Part shown: piece after piece, positions 35,423-39,834 of the stretch
Layout of the letters: every line of letters starts with the position of its first letter
Numbering within the stretch: position 1 is the stretch's first letter
NCBI GenBank assembly: GCA_964538235.1
Contig: CAZIFJ010000004.1
Span: 1-39,834, forward strand
Source of the DNA: Candidatus Woesearchaeota archaeon
Lineage (GTDB): Archaea; Nanobdellota; Nanobdellia; Pacearchaeales; GW2011-AR1
Reading direction: 5' to 3'
DNA: 39,834 nt
Made by a program: the position numbers and the translations under genes
Notes under the pieces: generated by a model
The model's input: only the letters and a program-made list of their open reading frames with translations
Told to the model about the DNA's origin: nothing
The model's database searches: none

Positions 35423-35980
35423 CTATTTTTCTCCAATATCTAAATTTTCTTTATTCTCTCCACCCTCTAAAGAACTAATTTCATTGTCTCCAACATTAAA
35501 ATAATCATGAAAACTCTCACTTAAAGTCAGCTCAGAAGTATGTCCTAATTTTTTCTTCATAATCAATCCTAACTCAACAAATTTCTTAATATGATCATAA
35601 CCCTTATTTCCCCTAATTTTTATCAAAATACTTTGCTTAATAGGTTGTTTATAAGCAATAATCGCGAGAGTTTCCTGCTCAGCATTACTAAATTCAGAAT
35701 TTCCTGAAGCCAATCTATTAACAAGCCACGCATATTCAGAAGCGACATCCATCTTCCACAAATCATTTTTTTGAACAATTGAAATTCCAGAATTGTTATA
35801 TTTCTCCTGCAAATCTTCCAGAATTTTTTTTAGCAAAATAGGATTAACATCAGTTAAAGCAACAAGTTCTTTCACACTCAAAAACTTCCCAGAAATAAAA
35901 AGTGCCGCCTCAATTTTTCTCATATTTTCCAATTCTGCTGCATCATCTATCTCATCCAAGCTCTTTCTCGTAACATCCAT
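35423..35980 (-). CDS. scpB: Segregation and condensation protein B
   Basis: KIEAALFISG, ETLAIIAYKQPI, IRG..HIKKFVELGLI and FHDYF. Confidence 0.92.
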   Translation of the reverse strand: MDVTRKSLDEIDDAAELENMRKIEAALFISGKFLSVKELVALTDVNPILLKKILEDLQEKYNNSGISIVQKNDLWKMDVASEYAWLVNRLASGNSEFSNAEQETLAIIAYKQPIKQSILIKIRGNKGYDHIKKFVELGLIMKKKLGHTSELTLSESFHDYFNVGDNEISSLEGGENKENLDIGEK

Positions 35981-36073
35981 AATAAAATAAAAAACCAAAG
36001 ATATATATATATATCCCTTAAAAAGAAGAGTTTAAAAAAACTTTTCATGAAAATGAAAGGAGGTATGAAATAA

Positions 36074-36478
36074 ATGGAAACAAAAGATTTTTGGATGGTA
36101 TTAATAATTTGTTTAATTGTTTCTGGAATTGTTGCTTTTGGAACTGTCAAATTGACTGGAGATGTTATAAAAGTTTCAGCTGCTAAAAAAGGAACAGAAG
36201 TTTATACAAAATCAGAGGTTGATGGTTCTTTATCCAAACTCGACTCTCAGATTAGATATGGTGAGGGGAGTGTAACTTATGATGTGCTTGTTCGTTTGAA
36301 TAAATGCGAAGTTATTAAGGACAAACAAACTAAAGGAGTTATATCATGCGATATTATTTGTAAAAATAATGGTAATATGCTTTGTGTTGACGCAGACTAT
36401 GAAGGAACTTTAACATCTTGCTCGCAATCGTTTGGGAGTATAAATACAGACAGGTTCTGTAAGTGTTGTGGGTTATAA
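36074..36478 (+). CDS. Small secreted or membrane-anchored Cys-rich protein
   Basis: SD GGAGGT upstream; N-terminal TM then TGDVI; SCDIIC..LCV..SC..CKCC C-terminus. Confidence 0.8.
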   Translation: METKDFWMVLIICLIVSGIVAFGTVKLTGDVIKVSAAKKGTEVYTKSEVDGSLSKLDSQIRYGEGSVTYDVLVRLNKCEVIKDKQTKGVISCDIICKNNGNMLCVDADYEGTLTSCSQSFGSINTDRFCKCCGL

Positions 36479-36524
36479 TAAAATTTAACTTTTTATTTTT
36501 AATTAATCAAAGCAAAATTTATAT

Positions 36525-36544
36525 ACTATAGAATAACTATAGAA
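36525..36544 (+). promoter_or_regulatory. Tandem ACTATAGAA sites between the TATA box and the antitoxin start (putative operator)
   Basis: ACTATAGAA at 36525 and 36536, 11 nt apart; each contains the palindrome CTATAG. Confidence 0.5.
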
Positions 36545-36546
36545 AT

Positions 36547-36777
36547 ATGATTACAACAATTCAATTAAATGAAGATATAAAAAAAGCATTAGATAGATTA
36601 AAATCTAACAAAGAAACTTACGAAGAAGTTATTCTAGGTCTAATGAAAATTGCAGACAAATATAGCAGAGAACAAGAAAGTTTGCTTATAGAGGGTTGCA
36701 AAACAATGGCTCAAGAAAATATAAAAATAACTAAAGAATTTGAATCAATTGAAGATTTAAATAGATGGAAATGGTAG
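36547..36777 (+). CDS. Antitoxin (RHH-like N-terminus) of a MazF/PemK module
   Basis: [26 protein letters not shown] and [12 protein letters not shown] (NdoAI-like C-terminus); overlaps the toxin start. Confidence 0.8.
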   Translation: MITTIQLNEDIKKALDRLKSNKETYEEVILGLMKIADKYSREQESLLIEGCKTMAQENIKITKEFESIEDLNRWKW

Positions 36778-37233
36778 AAATAAAAAGAGGAGATATTTTC
36801 TTAGCAAATCTTGAACCAACAAAGGGAAAAGAACAAGGAGGAATTCGACCAGTTCTAATATGTCAAGAATTATTTTTTGCGTAACTCCCTACTTTAGTTT
36901 GTGACGAAGCAAAAATAATTCTTGAGCATGCTCAAGAACCAACACATCAGCCACCTTAGTAGCTAGTTCTTGACAATCCAAAATGATATTTCAAACAAAC
37001 ATTCTCCTGTTACAATAATTGCTGCAATTACTTCAAAAATTTATGAAAAAGAGTTTCCAACAAATGTTTTCATTTCCAAAACAATCTCTAATCTAAACAA
37101 AGACTCGACAATAATGTTAAATCAAATAAGAACAATTGACAATTCAAGATTAATAAAAAAAGTTGGATCTCTTAATCAATATTTAATAAGTAGTGTTGAT
37201 AAAGCAATAAAGATAAGTCTTGGACTTTCATAA
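36771..37233 (+). pseudogene. mazF: MazF/PemK endoribonuclease toxin interrupted by a 115-bp element
   Basis: [30 protein letters not shown] | IQNDISNKHSPVTIIAAITSK..QIRTID..AIKISLGL. Exact removal of 36861-36975 gives 115 aa; read-through stops at 36882-36884. Confidence 0.93.
36861..36975 (+). mobile_element. 115-bp modular palindromic element (family A), copy 2
   Basis: 9-bp terminal IR TGTCAAGAA/TTCTTGACA. Module A (36861-36928) and module B (36929-36975) are each self-complementary; no target duplication. Confidence 0.9.
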
Positions 37234-37236
37234 AAA

Positions 37237-38067
37237 TTAAATTCTCAAACCAATTAAAATCGCCTCAATAATAGCAGCTAATAATAAAAGAGGTATGACA
37301 ATCAATAAAAATACTTTTATAGATTCATAAAATCTTTTTCTAAATTCTTTTTTGATATCTTTAGAAAACAAAAACATACCAAGTTTAATTCCCAATCCTA
37401 AAGAAATAAAAACTGCTGTTAATTCAAAAATTCCATGTGGAAGAATTCTCCAAAAATCAGCTACTCCAGAAATTCTCCAAGACAAACTTAAAACAAAACC
37501 TAAAACAATCCCGTTTAATAAGGCCGTAAAAATAGGAAAAATCCCAAGAAAAATTCCGAATAAAAGACCAAACAAAGAGCTTGAAACATTGTTGTTAAAA
37601 ATAAAAAAAGTCAAATCTAGCGCAGAAAGATTTCTTGTTCTTTCAACTAACTCCAACAAAATCTTTTTTAAAATGACAGCCAAATAATCTGAAAAAACAG
37701 CCCCTAAAACAGCCCCAAAAATAAAAAAGCCTAAAATCAAATAAACATAATCTCTGCTTTCTTTAATATAATCAAAACAGCTCTTGTAAGGTTTTTTTTC
37801 AGAATTACTAAAATAAAAATATCCCCCAATACCAAAAAAAATAAAAGCCAGACTGCCTACATAAAAATTAAATTTCTGTTCTTCTCCAAAAAAAATTAAA
37901 ACTTTTGAAAATAGGCTTACTAAATATAAAAATACTCCTCCATAGATAAAAGATTTTCCTAAAGTCGCAAAACCCTTAGGTTTTGTGACCGCCAAGAAAT
38001 CCGCAGCAGGCAGACTATGGGCTAAAGACTGCGAATTTAACGAGCGTTTAAATTTTTCTTTATTCAT
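37237..38067 (-). CDS. SpoIIM / DUF95 membrane protein with a probable in-frame hairpin insert near the N-terminus
   Basis: FIFNNN, LNGIVLG, ILPHGIFEL and LLLAAIIEA. Confidence 0.88.
   Translation of the reverse strand: MNKEKFKRSLNSQSLAHSLPAADFLAVTKPKGFATLGKSFIYGGVFLYLVSLFSKVLIFFGEEQKFNFYVGSLAFIFFGIGGYFYFSNSEKKPYKSCFDYIKESRDYVYLILGFFIFGAVLGAVFSDYLAVILKKILLELVERTRNLSALDLTFFIFNNNVSSSLFGLLFGIFLGIFPIFTALLNGIVLGFVLSLSWRISGVADFWRILPHGIFELTAVFISLGLGIKLGMFLFSKDIKKEFRKRFYESIKVFLLIVIPLLLLAAIIEAILIGLRI
37952..38048. mobile_element. Probable in-frame composite hairpin insert (~93-97 bp)
   Basis: Locally GC-rich. GTCGCAAAACC..GGTTTTGTGAC and AAATCCGCAG..CTGCGAATTT hairpins, then AACGAGCGTT shared with 63-72. 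Confidence 0.55.
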
Positions 38068-38909
38068 TTGAAAAATCTCCCAAGTAAAGCAACTTTTTTA
38101 GGATATTTTTTTCTCAAATAAAAACCATAGGCCAATCCGACTAAAAGACCTCCGAAATGAGCAGTATTTCCAATAGGAAGAGAAACAAAAATTCCAATTA
38201 TCATTAAAGGCACAATTGCAATAAATGGAGCAACCCATAATTTCATTTCTAAAGGCAAAGAAATTTTTCTAATGCTTGAAAATGGAGCGAACATTGCAAA
38301 TGCACTGATAAAAGTAAATATCAACGCAACATAAGACAAAATAACAAATATAAAATTATTTCCTAAGCTAGAAAAAATAACTTGAAAAATAATTCCAATT
38401 AAGGGTCCTGTAATAAGATAAATTCTCTGATTTGGAATTAAAACCGCAAGTAATCCTAACAAACCAAACAGCGCTCCAGAAGCCCCAACACCAGATATAT
38501 CAACACTTCCAAACAATTTCTCCCCTAATGGAAAAAATGTTCCCAGATAAGCAAAATAAACAAAAGCCAAACTACCAAAAATTCCAGAAAAAAGATAAAG
38601 CCAAATAATTCTTTTTTTTCCAATCAACTGCTCACAGAACATTCCAATAAAAAACAAAGTAAACATATTAACAGCGAGATGTAAAAGATTTCCATGCATA
38701 AAAATACTCGTAAAAATTGTCCAAACATTTTTTCCTTGCAAAATATCACTCGGTTTCAAAAAAATATAACTTTGAATTTCAGGATAAAAAAATAACAAGG
38801 GAGATAAAATAAAAAAAATCAAAATATTCAAAGATATCATCAAAAAAGTAAAACTCTTCCTAAAAAATAAACTTTTCCTAATCATTCCATAACTACTTAA
38901 ATAAACCAT
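38064..38909 (-). CDS. Rhomboid intramembrane serine protease
   Basis: WTIFTSIFMHGNLLHLAVNM, VGASGALFG and AHFGGLLVG. Confidence 0.93.
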   Translation of the reverse strand: MVYLSSYGMIRKSLFFRKSFTFLMISLNILIFFILSPLLFFYPEIQSYIFLKPSDILQGKNVWTIFTSIFMHGNLLHLAVNMFTLFFIGMFCEQLIGKKRIIWLYLFSGIFGSLAFVYFAYLGTFFPLGEKLFGSVDISGVGASGALFGLLGLLAVLIPNQRIYLITGPLIGIIFQVIFSSLGNNFIFVILSYVALIFTFISAFAMFAPFSSIRKISLPLEMKLWVAPFIAIVPLMIIGIFVSLPIGNTAHFGGLLVGLAYGFYLRKKYPKKVALLGRFFK

Positions 38910-38910
38910 T

Positions 38911-39834
38911 TTATTTAGAAGACTTCTTCCTGAATAAGTTTCCTATTCTCTGATTTACTTTTTTTAAAACACCCTCAAGTTTTCTAATGTCGGATTTTAT
39001 TTTATTTTTTTTTGCATGGTGTTTTAAATGCTTTTTAATATCGTGATTCTTATGCTTTTTCTTATTATAGTATTTTTGATTTTTATGCTCTATAGTTTCC
39101 TTCTTTTTAGGTTTTTTTATTTTATACTTTTTCTTGGCATGGTATTTTACATGCTTGACATTTTTATTTTTCATATTTTTTAATTTTCTATGAATACTTT
39201 GATTCAAAGATTTTTCTTTTTTTGCTACTTTTCTTTTTTCTTCTTTAATTTTTTGTTTCTTCTTTTCCTCTAATTTATTTCTTCTTACTTTAGTTTTTTC
39301 ATTTTGCAAGTTTATAATTTCAACTTCTTTACTGACACCCTCTAACACATCTCCAAGTTTTAAAATTTCTTTTTCAAGAGCACTCGCTTCAACGCTTCCA
39401 TCCTTAATTTCCAAAAGTTGCCCGCATTCAGGACAAGTATACTCATTAATCAAAGCATCTTCCTCGCTCAGCTCCATATGACAATTAGGACAAGCCAAAA
39501 ATCTCTTTGTTCTTTTAATATGAAGTTGCTCTTTCAAATTTCCCATATCTCTAGTCAATTTCTCCTTAAATTTATTCAATCCATGTCCGGTATTTAATGT
39601 CCAAAAATAAACATACCATCCTCCTTTTTTCCTATCTTTCTTTCTTTCAAAACTAACAAGCCCCTCATCTAAAAGTTTATACAAAACATTTCTCGTCTGA
39701 TTAATAGTCATTTTAAGTTTCTTTGCAATCAAAAACTCATTTACATTCTTCTTTCCATAAAGTAAATCAACAATTATCTTTGTATTCGCTCCTGTAATAG
39801 ATGAAACAACCTCTTTTAAAAGCGCAACCTGCAT
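38911..39834 (-). CDS. tfe: Transcription factor E (TFE alpha) with a long basic C-terminal extension
   Basis: wHTH NEFLIAKKLKMTINQTRNVLYKL, GWYVYFW and Zn ribbon CPNC..CPECG. The ATG sits at the window edge. Confidence 0.88.
   Translation of the reverse strand: MQVALLKEVVSSITGANTKIIVDLLYGKKNVNEFLIAKKLKMTINQTRNVLYKLLDEGLVSFERKKDRKKGGWYVYFWTLNTGHGLNKFKEKLTRDMGNLKEQLHIKRTKRFLACPNCHMELSEEDALINEYTCPECGQLLEIKDGSVEASALEKEILKLGDVLEGVSKEVEIINLQNEKTKVRRNKLEEKKKQKIKEEKRKVAKKEKSLNQSIHRKLKNMKNKNVKHVKYHAKKKYKIKKPKKKETIEHKNQKYYNKKKHKNHDIKKHLKHHAKKNKIKSDIRKLEGVLKKVNQRIGNLFRKKSSK

Noticed and set aside
36000-36015. (AT)7 run as a functional repeat
   Set aside because: Adequately explained as TATA sequence in the divergent scpB promoter region.
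36861-36975. mazF insert as a bulge-helix-bulge archaeal intron
   Set aside because: I could not build a BHB from the exon-intron junctions, and the sister copy is intergenic and inverted relative to transcription. Not formally excluded without RT-PCR.
36970-37233. 87-aa TTG-start ORF as a complete gene
   Set aside because: It is the 3' part of mazF and its TTG lies inside the element. The same applies to ORF 31884-32126, which is the 3' part of gtrA.

Overview
AT-rich archaeal chromosomal window, most consistent with a DPANN lineage such as Pacearchaeota (inference from gene content and protein style). Housekeeping genes: proS, tRNA-Arg(TCG), gatB, uppS, a DHH phosphoesterase, nreA, tbp, lig, radB, rpoL, an MBF1-like HTH gene, scpB and tfe. 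It also holds three toxin-antitoxin modules (HTH-MNT/HEPN, RelBE-like, MazEF-like), three large secreted proteins (one an S8 protease) and a glycosylation cluster. The most unusual signal is a set of short, non-coding, modular hairpin insertions. (1) A 115-bp two-hairpin element splits mazF with no target duplication, and an ~86%-identical inverted 170-bp copy with two extra hairpins sits between a TATA box and a start codon; both follow the same TAATA flank. (2) A 188-bp internally deleted IS200/IS605 remnant splits a gtrA gene and still encodes the TnpA catalytic-Tyr helix and a PIP-box-like tail. (3) A ~46-bp hairpin family frameshifts one gene and is part of a 93-bp in-frame insert in a membrane-anchored AlbA_2/Schlafen gene. 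(4) A further in-frame hairpin insert lies in a SpoIIM gene. Together these suggest a mix-and-match palindromic element system, possibly mobilised in trans by a HUH (Y1) transposase. That mechanism is inference; all alignments were done by eye and no database searches were run.
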